64,000 nt of DNA from Nitrosopumilaceae archaeon (GCA_965209085.1 OZ242376.1:864001-928000); one strand, 5' to 3'. Counted from the stretch's first letter, positions 9,867-20,214 are shown. Numbers and translations are program-made. The notes: generated by a model not told the origin, from the sequence alone.

Positions 9867-11105
9867 GTGAACGCACTAGTTGTAGGCTCTGGCGGGAGGG
9901 AGCATGCCTTTGCTATGGCACTAAAAACTAGTCTGAAATTGGAGTGCGTATACGTTGCCCCAGGAAACGGCGGTACTGAAAACAACGTGCCGATAAAGGA
10001 TACTGACATTGCAGCACTAGCTGATTTTGCATCAAAAAACGACTGTTTTACACTAGTGGGCCCTGAAACTGCAATCGTTGCCGGAATTGCAGATGAATTT
10101 GCAAAAAAAAATCTGCCAATATTTGCCCCAAGCTGCGCTGCATCAAAGATTGAATCAAGCAAATCCTGGGCCAAAGATTTCATGTCGCGGCATAAGATAC
10201 CCACTGCAGAATACGGAGTGTTTGAAAATACAAAAGATGCGATGGAATTTTCAAAGAATCTTGATTACTGCGTGGTGATAAAAGCTGACGGACTAGCTGC
10301 CGGCAAAGGCGTCATCATATGCGACAGCAAAGAGCAGACGCTTGAATCCATAGAGGCAATGTTTGGCGGAAAATTTGGCAGTGCCGGTTGCCGCATAGTA
10401 GTTGAGCGGCGCATAATTGGACCCGAAGCGTCGTTTATTGCAATCTGTGATGGCAAATCCCACATGCAGCTTGCAACAAGCCAGGATCACAAACGGATTG
10501 GTGATAAAAATACTGGTCTAAACACTGGCGGAATGGGCGCATACTCGCCATCCTCTGTAATAGATGCAGAGAATGAAAAAAAACTAAACGAGATTATGGC
10601 AAAGACTGTAACTGCGATGAGTGATGAGGGCAATGCGTTTGTAGGATTTTTGTATGCTGGAGTAATATTTGAAAACAATATGCCATACGTTTTAGAGTTT
10701 AACGCCAGGATGGGGGATCCGGAATGTCAGGCGATACTGCCGCGCATGGACTCTGATCTCTTTGAATACATGCATGCGTGCACTGCCGGAAACCTTGATC
10801 AAATGCTTCCAATAAAATGGAAAAAACAGGCATCAGTATGCGTTATACTCTCATCCAAAGGGTATCCTGAAAAATATCCCACAGGGGATGAGATATATGG
10901 AATAAACAATGCTGCTTGCGTGGCGCGCATATATCATGCTGGCACGCAAAACAAAAACGGCAAAATCTTAACAAACGGGGGCAGAGTTTTGGGAGTTACA
11001 TCCCTTGGCGATTCCATATCTGATGCATCATCTGCTGCATACAGGGCATGCGGTATGATTGAATGGCCAGGCAAATACTGCCGAACAGATATTGGACGCA
11101 TCTAG
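9867..11105 (+). CDS. purD: Phosphoribosylamine--glycine ligase
   Basis: VGSGGREHA, APGNGG, KADGLAAGKGV, QDHKR, NTGGMGAY, EFNARMGDPE. Confidence 0.97.
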   Translation: MNALVVGSGGREHAFAMALKTSLKLECVYVAPGNGGTENNVPIKDTDIAALADFASKNDCFTLVGPETAIVAGIADEFAKKNLPIFAPSCAASKIESSKSWAKDFMSRHKIPTAEYGVFENTKDAMEFSKNLDYCVVIKADGLAAGKGVIICDSKEQTLESIEAMFGGKFGSAGCRIVVERRIIGPEASFIAICDGKSHMQLATSQDHKRIGDKNTGLNTGGMGAYSPSSVIDAENEKKLNEIMAKTVTAMSDEGNAFVGFLYAGVIFENNMPYVLEFNARMGDPECQAILPRMDSDLFEYMHACTAGNLDQMLPIKWKKQASVCVILSSKGYPEKYPTGDEIYGINNAACVARIYHAGTQNKNGKILTNGGRVLGVTSLGDSISDASSAAYRACGMIEWPGKYCRTDIGRI

Positions 11106-11674
11106 ATTAATCTTTTGTATGTGTGCCTTTCAGTTATAATCATGTCAAGGGGAACGTCGTTTTGATCCAAAGGCATGGATTTTACAATCTGTGATTGAAA
11201 AACAAGCCCGATTGTAAAGGCTTTATTTTCCCCAAGATACCTGTCATAACACCCTTTGCCGTATCCGATTCTATGGCATTTTTTTGTAGCGCATACTGCC
11301 GGGACGAGCATAACCTCATGTTTTGTGCACCGTACGCATCTCTCATGCGGCTCTAAAATGCCGTATCTGCCCATCTCAAGTGAATCCATGCTTGAAATTT
11401 TGTAAAAACCAACCTCATCATTTAGTGCCGTTCTTGGAAGGCACAAATTTGTACCGCGTGCAAGAACATCGCGCAATATATCCACAGTATACACCTCGCT
11501 GCCGTTTGAATGATACCCAGCTACTGTATCAGCTTTTGTAAATTCTGGCACGCGCCAAAGACGGGCGCGTATTGCATTGCAGTGTATCTTTGCAAGGTTT
11601 GATGATATGTTGTCCCTGCGCCGCATGTATTCCTCGCGCAGGGATTTTTTCTCAGCCGTCAATGCTCCGTCCAA
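11102..11674 (-). CDS. 5-formyltetrahydrofolate cyclo-ligase
   Basis: EKKSLRE N-terminus, YGILEP, RIGYGKGCYDRYL, DVPLDMIITE. Confidence 0.9.
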   Translation of the reverse strand: MDGALTAEKKSLREEYMRRRDNISSNLAKIHCNAIRARLWRVPEFTKADTVAGYHSNGSEVYTVDILRDVLARGTNLCLPRTALNDEVGFYKISSMDSLEMGRYGILEPHERCVRCTKHEVMLVPAVCATKKCHRIGYGKGCYDRYLGENKAFTIGLVFQSQIVKSMPLDQNDVPLDMIITERHTYKRLI

Positions 11675-12515
11675 GGGATGCAGCAGTGATTGTATTTTTT
11701 AACAGCATTGCCACCGTCATAGGACCCACTCCTCCGGGAACCGGGGTTGCATGGGATGCTTTTTGTATAATTTTTTCATAATCACAGTCCCCTGTGAGCG
11801 CACCATCATATCTTGTAATTGCAACATCCACTATTATTGCCCCCTCTTTTATCATCTCTGATTTTAATTCAAATTTTTCCCTGTTGCCTACTGCTGTAAC
11901 TATAATGTCAGCCTTTGAGGTATATGATGAAAGATTTTTTGTCATCGAATGGCACATTGAGACTGTGGCGTTTTTTGATAAAAATAAATTTTGTACGGGT
12001 TTTCCAACTAGTGCGCTGCGGTTTATTATTACAGCATTCATTCCTGAAATGTTTATCCCGTAATGATCTAAAATCTCCATAATGCCCGATGGTGTGCACG
12101 GGGTAAGCGCGGATTCACCGTATGCCAACAGCCCCACGTTGTACGGGGTCAGACCGTCAACATCCTTTAGCGGGGATATGCGCGATGTTATTGAAAAATC
12201 GTTTATCCCATCTGGAAGAGGAAGCTGCACTAGTATGCCGTGCACCATTGAATCCGAATTTAACTCTCCGATTAGCTTTTCAAGCTCTGCCTTTGTAGTG
12301 GATTGAGATAATCTGTGATCCCTTGTGGTTATGCCAACCTCAGAGCACGCCTTGTGTTTGTTGCGTACGTATGTTGCCGATGATGCATCATCGCCTACCA
12401 ATACCGTTGCAAGACAGGGTTGGACTCCTTCATTTTTTAGATGGGCGACTGCTTTTTTTACAGCCTGTTTTATCTTCTCTGAGACTATGACTCCGTCAAG
12501 TTTTATGCCGGACAT
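11652..12515 (-). CDS. folD: Bifunctional methylenetetrahydrofolate dehydrogenase/cyclohydrolase
   Basis: YVRNK, GILVQLPLP, KDVDG, PCTP, TPVPGGVGPMTV. Confidence 0.96.
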   Translation of the reverse strand: MSGIKLDGVIVSEKIKQAVKKAVAHLKNEGVQPCLATVLVGDDASSATYVRNKHKACSEVGITTRDHRLSQSTTKAELEKLIGELNSDSMVHGILVQLPLPDGINDFSITSRISPLKDVDGLTPYNVGLLAYGESALTPCTPSGIMEILDHYGINISGMNAVIINRSALVGKPVQNLFLSKNATVSMCHSMTKNLSSYTSKADIIVTAVGNREKFELKSEMIKEGAIIVDVAITRYDGALTGDCDYEKIIQKASHATPVPGGVGPMTVAMLLKNTITAASLGRSIDG

Positions 12516-12574
12516 GTAAGAGATGGCATTTTTCTTATCTTAATACGTTTGCGCAGGGTCTGCTACAATCATCA

Positions 12575-13528
12575 CTATAGCGCAAAAGCGTCAATACCGC
12601 ATACATTGCGTACGGTACGGGCAAATTCCTGGGTAAATCCGTGCACCGTATAGACCGTTTTTGCCCCCGAATCTGCCACCATTTGCAGCAGTTCTGTGTA
12701 ATCGCAGTGGTCACTGTATGGAAACATTTTATCACATCTGCGGCCAAGTTTGTGGCCCCGCACAGCAGACCAGCCGCTAAATCCGACAGTTACTGCACCA
12801 TATTGTGATTTTAGACGTTTTAGAAAACTATCGCTAGATGGGAGCATGGGTGTGACTAAAACCCAGGGGCCTTTTTGAATGGCATTTGATTTTTCAGCAT
12901 CCTGAAAGGATACAGCATCCGGAATATCCAAACCCAGCGACCTGCACACGTTGTTTATTTTTTTTACGCGTTCATGATAGTACAGGGGTTTCCAGTGCCC
13001 AAACATTTTACATATGGTCTGTACTTTACCCACCTCGTATCCCATCAATATGACAGGAATGCCGCGCGAATACATCTCCGATATGGTTCTATTTGCATCC
13101 TCGATTATTCCATCTATGGGCGGAAACGTGAACTGTGGCATCCCAAACGTACATTCTGTGATCAGAATATCACATTTTGGAATTTTTGCACCGTTTATGC
13201 CCGGTCTGTGACGGGTACAAATATCGCCCGTATAAAACACATCATCAAATAACAGTCCACACCCCCCTAGTATATGGCCGCTGTGAATCATTTCCATACC
13301 ATCGTATTGCTGTATGTTGTTTTCAATTATCCTGCCGCGGCTTTTGGCAATTTCAACAGTTTCCTTTGTGCATAAAACGGTCCCGACTGATCCTGCCGTG
13401 GGGAGATGATCCATATGAGCATGCGATGTAAAATTTATCCCATCCTGTGCCTTTTTTGGATCTAATCTTACAGAGATGTCCCCGCCGCCGTATTTTATGC
13501 CGTTTGCATCAGTAGTTATGTCCATCAT
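12575..13528 (-). CDS. MBL-fold (beta-CASP-type) nuclease
   Basis: SHAHMDH, SGHILGG, YTGD, ECTFG, SDHCD, VHG. Confidence 0.85.
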   Translation of the reverse strand: MMDITTDANGIKYGGGDISVRLDPKKAQDGINFTSHAHMDHLPTAGSVGTVLCTKETVEIAKSRGRIIENNIQQYDGMEMIHSGHILGGCGLLFDDVFYTGDICTRHRPGINGAKIPKCDILITECTFGMPQFTFPPIDGIIEDANRTISEMYSRGIPVILMGYEVGKVQTICKMFGHWKPLYYHERVKKINNVCRSLGLDIPDAVSFQDAEKSNAIQKGPWVLVTPMLPSSDSFLKRLKSQYGAVTVGFSGWSAVRGHKLGRRCDKMFPYSDHCDYTELLQMVADSGAKTVYTVHGFTQEFARTVRNVCGIDAFAL

Positions 13529-13640
13529 GCATTAAAATTTTACTTTTGATATAAACTTCAGGTTTTAATTTATCTCATGTAAAATATGCAGTAATTTGAC
13601 ACATTTTACAAAAACGCATAATTATGAGCCGTATTCAAAC

Positions 13641-14264
13641 ATGCTTGTGCATCGCCTTGGAATTCTCATATCTGGACGCGGCTCAAACATGACTGCCATT
13701 TTAAAAGCAATCAAAGCTGGAAAAATTCATGCCGTACCGGCGGTGGTGATATCCAACAAACCCGACGCTCAGGGTCTTAAAATTGCAGAATCATTTGGAG
13801 TGCCAACTGCTGTCATACAAAGCCGGAATTTTCATGGGAGCCGGGACGAGTACGACCATCTTATTGAAGCTGAATTGAAAAAACACGGAGTTGGTGTACG
13901 TAATGGAATAGTATGCCTTGCGGGATTTATGAGAATACTTGGATCAAAATTCGTAAAGCGGCACAAAAATAAAATTTTAAACATACATCCGGCATTACTT
14001 CCTGCATTTCCTGGCATGGATGCACAAAAACAGGCCATCAAATACGGGGCAAAATTCTCAGGATGTACGGTTCATTTTGTGGATTCTGGAGTTGATACAG
14101 GTCCTATAATACTTCAAAGCATAGTCTCAATTAATCCAAGAGATACTGTAAAAACACTATCTGCAAAAATATTAAAAGAAGAGCACAAACTATACCCAAA
14201 GGCCGTACAATTACTGGCATCAGGAAGAGTGCGAATTTATAACAGACGTGCAATCCTGTCATGA
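13641..14264 (+). CDS. purN: Phosphoribosylglycinamide formyltransferase
   Basis: ISGRGSN, LAGFMRIL, NIHPALLP, GCTVHFVDSGVDTGPII. Confidence 0.96.
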   Translation: MLVHRLGILISGRGSNMTAILKAIKAGKIHAVPAVVISNKPDAQGLKIAESFGVPTAVIQSRNFHGSRDEYDHLIEAELKKHGVGVRNGIVCLAGFMRILGSKFVKRHKNKILNIHPALLPAFPGMDAQKQAIKYGAKFSGCTVHFVDSGVDTGPIILQSIVSINPRDTVKTLSAKILKEEHKLYPKAVQLLASGRVRIYNRRAILS

Positions 14265-14321
14265 TTTCACATATGTAAAAATACAATGGTGTAAAATCAC
14301 ATTAGAGTTTATCGTATGAGG

Positions 14322-14481
14322 TAGGCCATTTCACAACCTGCCTAATTTTGACATTTTAACTAAAACGATATTAAAATATCCAATTTGGCGACAATTTTGA
14401 TTCCAAAGATTTAGATCATCCAACAAAGTGGACGAATTATGAGAAACATCCACGAGATGATCCACTATGAGTAAAAAGCAC
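14322..14481 (+). mobile_element. Truncated left end of IS-B (IS5-family)
   Basis: About 160 bp closely matching 53700-53860, including the TIR variant TAGGCCATTTCACAAC. Ends abruptly where IS-A copy 1 begins. Confidence 0.85.
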
Positions 14482-15834
14482 TAGACCTTATGCATAATTA
14501 ACCAAAAAATCAATTTTGACAAATCGAAAGATCTATGATCTAGTATCACATTCGTACAGCATGTGTGCCCCAGACAAGCGTATAATCGCCCAGCAAACAG
14601 AGATGATCTCCAAGCTTGAAGCAGAAATTCAACACTACAAAAAAACGATACATGATAATGAGGTCGAAAAGCAACAATCTGCCTACGAATATTTGAACCA
14701 CATAATTGATGATGACAATTATTTGTACGGGACGACTGGAATGAACCGTGAAGAGTTTGAATGGATTCAGGAACGGTTTGAAAAAGTTATCGAATATTCG
14801 CCCAAGGTCCCCCGCTTTTCAGATTATGTCGACGATCCTGGAAACACCTGTATCCTTACCGTAAAGCAAGTTTTGTTTATCAGTGCCGCAAACGCAATAA
14901 TCTCAAACAGGTAGCACTTGCGTTCATTGCAGACGTTGATCAGAGCACCATTAGCAGATATCTGACCTTTTCTGATGAACTATTGATGGATATTCTTCCA
15001 ACGGCTAAGAATATTGGTGCTGCAATACGGACAATACGTGCAATCGAGTTGTTTAAAAAATTCGTACCCGGCAGGGGTGGCGGCGAGTTGTATCTTGATG
15101 CTACGTTTGTACAGGTTCAAAGACCGCAGGAGAATCAAGAGGCAGTATACTCTGGAAAGCGTAAGAGGCACGTCTACAACGTACAGATAACCTCCAACAA
15201 AGATGGAGTGGTATGTGACATTGGTGGACCTGAAGAGGGCTCAGTACATGACATGGAGGTACTGCGGCGTAATCCGCCAAATTTTGGCAAATGGACCGAT
15301 GGCATGAAAAATTCGGATACAAACAAAGAGCGACAAATTATGCTATATACTGACAAGGGATACTTGTCCGTGGAAAAAGACTATCCTGGAATTATCTCAA
15401 AGCAACCGTACAAAAAACCAAAGGGCAGAGGATTGACAGAGACAGAACGCGAATACAGCAAGAGAATCAGTCGTAAGCGCATAAAAGTAGAGCATGCCAT
15501 AAACTGGCTCAAATGGTTTCGTAGAATGAGTGCCATATATGATGACACAATGGATGCGTTTTATACAGAAATCCAAGTGGTTACAGGACTGACCAATCTG
15601 CACATCATGTTAAAGGATCGCAAGTATATCGAATCGTTGGAAAAAGTTTGCGCTCAAATCAAGTAGCACATTTTTGTGCACACGATCACGCATAATATTC
15701 TGCTTTTTGTCATGCATATGATATTTTGATTTATTTTGTTGTCTGCTTGAAGGTTTTAGGCCATGTGTACTTTGATCATGGCAGTGTCATAGTAGGAACC
15801 GTATGTCTTTGCAGTTGATTATGCATGAACTCTA
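14482..15834 (+). mobile_element. IS-A copy 1 (IS5 superfamily, DDE_Tnp_4/ISL2-Harbinger-like), frameshifted
   Basis: Ends TAGACCTTATGCATAAT and ATTATGCATGAACTCTA (imperfect TIR). Homologous throughout to 55137-56482. Confidence 0.9.
14516..15666 (+). pseudogene. IS-A transposase split by a short deletion near 14880
   Basis: ORFs 14516-14914 and 14983-15666 correspond to the intact 384-aa protein at 55160. Motifs LDAT, YSGKRKRH, HD, DKGY, RIKVEHAI. Confidence 0.88.
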
Positions 15835-15982
15835 ATACGTATTAAACGCATTTCCAGAAAACGGCGGTACAATTTAACGCACCGGATGCAAACCTAACAG
15901 ACGAATCATTTAAACCTGTCATGAATATTGAAAAAAAACACATGGGGCAAATAACTGACATATTGTACGGGGAGCGATAACC

Positions 15983-16375
15983 ATATCTGCAACATCTCCA
16001 AGGAACGCACTTCAAATTGGGTTTAAAGTCTCCGTTGGAAACAATCTCTCCGGGGGAATATTTAGGCGGCACCTTGCACCGCTTACGGTTGGCGCATTAC
16101 AGCGCGCGCTCCCGTTCAAAAGTAATGCGGCAAGATTGGATAAAAACATCATATATGTAACATCCCCAGTTACCGTAGGAATAGAGCGTCCGCGTACTGA
16201 ATTTACAGCCGGTGATGTGGCATTTTTGCCATCAAATGCAAGCGTATGTTTTTTTACAGAAAATCTCACCACAAAAAGACCTATGAGCCCTGTGGGTAAA
16301 ATAACTGAAAACCTATCTGCAATATCTGATGTTAAAGTAGGGGATCTTGTATCAATTTACTCTGAGGGTTTGTAG
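15983..16375 (+). CDS. Cyclophilin-like fold protein; probable ATA start
   Basis: Frame is open upstream of the TTG at 16136: ISATSPRN...RHLAPLTVGALQRALP...GDVAFLPSNASVCFF...MSPVGKI. No ATG/GTG/TTG between the in-frame TGA at 15956 and 16136. Confidence 0.75.
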   Translation: MSATSPRNALQIGFKVSVGNNLSGGIFRRHLAPLTVGALQRALPFKSNAARLDKNIIYVTSPVTVGIERPRTEFTAGDVAFLPSNASVCFFTENLTTKRPMSPVGKITENLSAISDVKVGDLVSIYSEGL

Positions 16376-16662
16376 ATTCTGTGGCCGCTGTGTCCGCCGG
16401 CTATGGTCATTTTACCCTGCAAGACTGCATTTTTCAAATATACGTTTGCTGCTGAAATTTTAACACCGCATTGTCTTGCAACATCACTAGCGGTTATAAC
16501 TTTGGCACCTTTTAGGCATTTTTGCGTCTGCTCGTCAGTTAACATTACAACAATCTCTGCCTTTTGAGGACCCGAGGATGTATCTTTGGATTTTTTACCT
16601 TTTTTTGCCGCATTTTGTAATTTTTCAGTCTGTGCGGGGGATTTGTTCTTAGAGCTGCCCAT
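16357..16662 (-). CDS. rps25e: 30S ribosomal protein S25e
   Basis: Lys-rich N-terminus MGSSKNKS..., KVITASDVARQCGVKISAA winged helix, RIY C-terminus. Confidence 0.8.
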   Translation of the reverse strand: MGSSKNKSPAQTEKLQNAAKKGKKSKDTSSGPQKAEIVVMLTDEQTQKCLKGAKVITASDVARQCGVKISAANVYLKNAVLQGKMTIAGGHSGHRIYKPSE

Positions 16663-16744
16663 ACGTTGCATACTATACGTCCTTTTATAAACGAAACAGG
16701 TGTGATTTTTCACGATTATATACGGCAATATCTAATGGGAATGC

Positions 16745-16957
16745 ATGGGACTAGTCTCCAAAGGTGCAAAATGCAATGTATCTGGATGCGACGAGGATGC
16801 GGCACGTTCCATAAACACACAGAGGGTTGAATCTGCCGGATTACAAGTTGAATCATCTGGGAAAAAATCACTATTGTGTAAGACGCATTATAAAGAATGG
16901 AAAAAAGAAACAAAGGACGATCGGGAGATAGAGCGCGCAAGATATGATAAATTCTAG
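16745..16957 (+). CDS. Small Cys/His zinc-binding hypothetical protein
   Basis: CNVSGC...LCKTHYKEWKK. Confidence 0.75.
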   Translation: MGLVSKGAKCNVSGCDEDAARSINTQRVESAGLQVESSGKKSLLCKTHYKEWKKETKDDREIERARYDKF

Positions 16958-18060
16958 CCTTTTGGCGAATATCTCTCATCTAGATTGTCGTAATATTTGT
17001 CCGGTTTTTTAAAATAATCCTCCCGAAGACTCTCGTATAAACTGCCAAGCTGAGGATATAGTTTCTTTGGAGTGCGTTTTTTCTGACTAGATATTACGTA
17101 TAGTGCAAGTATTGGAAATGCGATTGTCGCATCAGCGTATACAGTAACCATTCCAGAGTGCGCATTTTGCACCTTGCCCCAGCTTTTACCCTCCTGCAGT
17201 GTGGCCCCTGAGAGTCCGCCAGTATCGGGGCGCGCATCGGTAATCTGTACAATGTATTCCTGTCCGCCATGACCGCGCCGAAGTATCTGATCCAAAAGCG
17301 GTCCTGTCTGCTGTGCTGTATTTTTTGGCACCCCACCGCCAAGCTCTATAATGCCGGATTTTTTTGACGCCTGCACGATTGCGCCCTGCTCTAGAATTTC
17401 CCGCGCGATATCCACATTGTACACTTTGCCGCGCAGACGGTGCACTGCAAGATTTAGTGCAAGTGATGAATCCTTTAGGGTTGAGACGTACAGCGGGACG
17501 CCGTATTCATGAGCGCACGCAACAAAACTCTTCTCAGGGTGGGGCGCATATTTGGAAGTCATTGCGCCAAGTGCGTTGCTAAATTCCGCAGTCGTAAAGG
17601 GTTTTTCCTGCAAAATATCGATAAACGCCTTTTGTACTATTTGATCCTGTGCCTCTAGTGTTTCATAAAATTTCACAAAAACGTCCCGTATCCGCACAAT
17701 CTCATTTTCATACAATTTTGCATCATCGACTTCAAAGTGTCCCTGTCTTACGGGCAGATTCCACGCAAAATGCTCCTCATGGTATACGTTTGCCCCCGTG
17801 CACACCATCCAGTCAACAAATCCGCGCTCTATGAGCGACTTGAATATTCCGCCAAATCCCACCGGTGTCAGGGCGCCAGATACTGTAAGACAGATGGTGG
17901 CATCCTCTTCAATCATGCGAGCATATGTCTTTGCTGCAATGCCAAGCTGCCTTCCATTATATCCTGTAGCCTCATACATGGATATGAGATCCTCTATACC
18001 CATATCCGGTTCCAGTTTTATGTGGGGTATGCTGTTTCCCTTGAAATTGTGATGATCCAC
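16954..18060 (-). CDS. dys: Deoxyhypusine synthase family protein
   Basis: SGALTP, TGAN, GGGVPKN, DTGGLSGAT, EGKSWGKV (catalytic Lys), YADATIAFP. Confidence 0.88.
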   Translation of the reverse strand: MDHHNFKGNSIPHIKLEPDMGIEDLISMYEATGYNGRQLGIAAKTYARMIEEDATICLTVSGALTPVGFGGIFKSLIERGFVDWMVCTGANVYHEEHFAWNLPVRQGHFEVDDAKLYENEIVRIRDVFVKFYETLEAQDQIVQKAFIDILQEKPFTTAEFSNALGAMTSKYAPHPEKSFVACAHEYGVPLYVSTLKDSSLALNLAVHRLRGKVYNVDIAREILEQGAIVQASKKSGIIELGGGVPKNTAQQTGPLLDQILRRGHGGQEYIVQITDARPDTGGLSGATLQEGKSWGKVQNAHSGMVTVYADATIAFPILALYVISSQKKRTPKKLYPQLGSLYESLREDYFKKPDKYYDNLDERYSPKG

Positions 18061-18345
18061 GAATCAAAACCGTCCGCGTGTTAATTAACGGTTTTGCAGG
18101 ATTGGTCTTGGCAAAAAATCAAACCCTCATACACCCATGAATTGGCACCTGAAAGGCCTAAGCATGCGGCAAACAAGTCCAATATGTAACGTATAACGCA
18201 TAATGGATTAAATCCAAAGCTTGGATTTACATGATGAATCCTGCATGATCCCCCATCAAACCATACCTTGGGGTAATGATGGGAAAACCCCGTATCCATC
18301 ATATATGTAGCAACATTTAATTCAATTTGCCACTTTGCACCCAAT

Positions 18346-20214
18346 GTGCGCATACTGCAATTGCACTGCGATTCAGCAGAGTATACACCGGTAAAAAAAG
18401 AGATATCTCTGGCAGAAACTCTTGAAAATACCGGTACTAGCCGGTTTGAGGACGTCGTGGTGGCGTTTGTTACGGTGGAAAAAGGCGATGATGAAAAAAC
18501 AGCCTCTGATGCTGCATCGCAGATACTGGAATCTTTGGGCAAAATAGGGTGTAAGAATATACTGCTCTATCCGTATTCGCATCTAGGATCAAACCTCTCA
18601 TCCCCAAATGATGCCCTCCGTATATTGCAGAAACTGGGCCAGGATTTACTGTCTGCAAACCTTAATGTTCACCGCTCGCCGTTTGGATGGACAAAATCAT
18701 ACAGCATCAAGGTAAAGGGCCATCCACTAGCTGAGAGCTTTAAGAGTATAGGCGGTAGCGGCAAACCTGCCGAGGATGCAGAATCATCTGTGGCGTTAAA
18801 ATCTGAATCAAAACTTGAATCTGAATGGCGCATACTTGATACGGAAGGAAACCTGATTTTGATGGACGAGTTTGATTTTACAGGGCATGAAAAATTACAG
18901 GCGCTTGCAAAGTATGAATCGGCAAAAAAACGCACATCTGATGAGGTGCCACCGCACGTACCGCTCATGAAAAAACTGGCAATAGCTGACTATGAGGCAG
19001 CATCTGATAAAGGCAACATGAGATTTTATCCAAATGGCAGGCTGATAAAATCACTCTTGGAAAAATATATCACAGAACAGGTTGTCTCATATGGCGCCTC
19101 TGAAGTTGAAACGCCGCTAATGTATGACTCTAAACATCCTAGCATGGCCAGCTATTTTAACCGATTTCCGGCAAGACAGTACAGCATTGAAACTGAAGGT
19201 AAGAGCATGTTTTTGCGGTTTGCTGCATGCTTTGGCCAGTTTCTAATGGCAGAAGGCATGCAGATATCCTACAAAAACTTACCATACAGACTGTACGAGA
19301 TGACAAGATACAGTTTTAGACGCGAGCAGTCCGGCGAGTTGGTGGGTCTTAGACGTCTTCGTGCGTTTACAATGCCTGACTGTCATGCGTTTTGTGCGGA
19401 CATTGATCAGGCAGTTGGAGAGCTAGGAGAGAGATTTGATCTCTCACGCCGCATTATAACCGGTATCGGACTAAAGCCGGATGATTATGAAATGGCCATA
19501 AGGTTTACTGGGGATTTTTACGCAGATAATAAAAATCTCATAAACGGAATGGTGAAAAAACACGGCAGGCCGGTTTTGGTTGAAATGTGGAAGGAGCGAT
19601 TTTTCTACTTTGTATTAAAATGGGAGTTTAACTATGTGGACGGGGCAGGCAAGGCATCAGCTTTATCAACTGATCAGATTGATGTGGAAAACGGCGCAAG
19701 GTATGGGATAGAATTTATCGACGAGCAAAACATAAAGCGCAATCCTATCATACTGCACAATTCACCAAGCGGGGCTGTGGAACGGGTGATATACGCGCTG
19801 CTTGAAAACGCAGCTAGTAATGCATCGCGCGGAATAAAACCATCCCTTCCATTGTGGCTCTGCCCAACGCAGGTCCGCATCGTTGCAGTAAATTCCGAAT
19901 TTGATCCAGACGCGCAAAAACTTGCAGAAAAGCTGGCAGGTGATTGTATGCGGGCTGACATTGATGATAGAAATGAGAGCATGGGGAGGAGGATACGCGA
20001 GGCTGAAAAAGAATGGATACCCTACACTCTGGTAATCGGTGAGAAAGAGGCTAAAAGTGGAACTTTGAGCGTGCGTGAGCGTGCAACCGGCAAGACTGTA
20101 CAAATGCCCTATGATGAGTTTGTGAATTTGATAAAAAAACAGACTCTTGGAATGCCACATGCGCAATTAAACTCGCCCCTCAGAGTCTCACGCAGACCTC
20201 AAATAATGCTCTAA
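18346..20214 (+). CDS. thrS: Threonine--tRNA ligase (archaeal editing domain)
   Basis: MRILQLHCD, YPYSHL, PFGWTK, LRFAACFGQF, FRREQSGEL, AFTMPDCH, C-terminal anticodon domain. Confidence 0.97.
   Translation: MRILQLHCDSAEYTPVKKEISLAETLENTGTSRFEDVVVAFVTVEKGDDEKTASDAASQILESLGKIGCKNILLYPYSHLGSNLSSPNDALRILQKLGQDLLSANLNVHRSPFGWTKSYSIKVKGHPLAESFKSIGGSGKPAEDAESSVALKSESKLESEWRILDTEGNLILMDEFDFTGHEKLQALAKYESAKKRTSDEVPPHVPLMKKLAIADYEAASDKGNMRFYPNGRLIKSLLEKYITEQVVSYGASEVETPLMYDSKHPSMASYFNRFPARQYSIETEGKSMFLRFAACFGQFLMAEGMQISYKNLPYRLYEMTRYSFRREQSGELVGLRRLRAFTMPDCHAFCADIDQAVGELGERFDLSRRIITGIGLKPDDYEMAIRFTGDFYADNKNLINGMVKKHGRPVLVEMWKERFFYFVLKWEFNYVDGAGKASALSTDQIDVENGARYGIEFIDEQNIKRNPIILHNSPSGAVERVIYALLENAASNASRGIKPSLPLWLCPTQVRIVAVNSEFDPDAQKLAEKLAGDCMRADIDDRNESMGRRIREAEKEWIPYTLVIGEKEAKSGTLSVRERATGKTVQMPYDEFVNLIKKQTLGMPHAQLNSPLRVSRRPQIML

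Noticed and set aside
18065-18303. SRP RNA, RNase P RNA, TPP or c-di-AMP riboswitch
   Set aside because: Diagnostic motifs (SRP helix 8 GGAA loop with AGCA, RNase P GAGGAAAGTCC, TPP CTGAGA) were not found on either strand. Kept only as an unknown structure.
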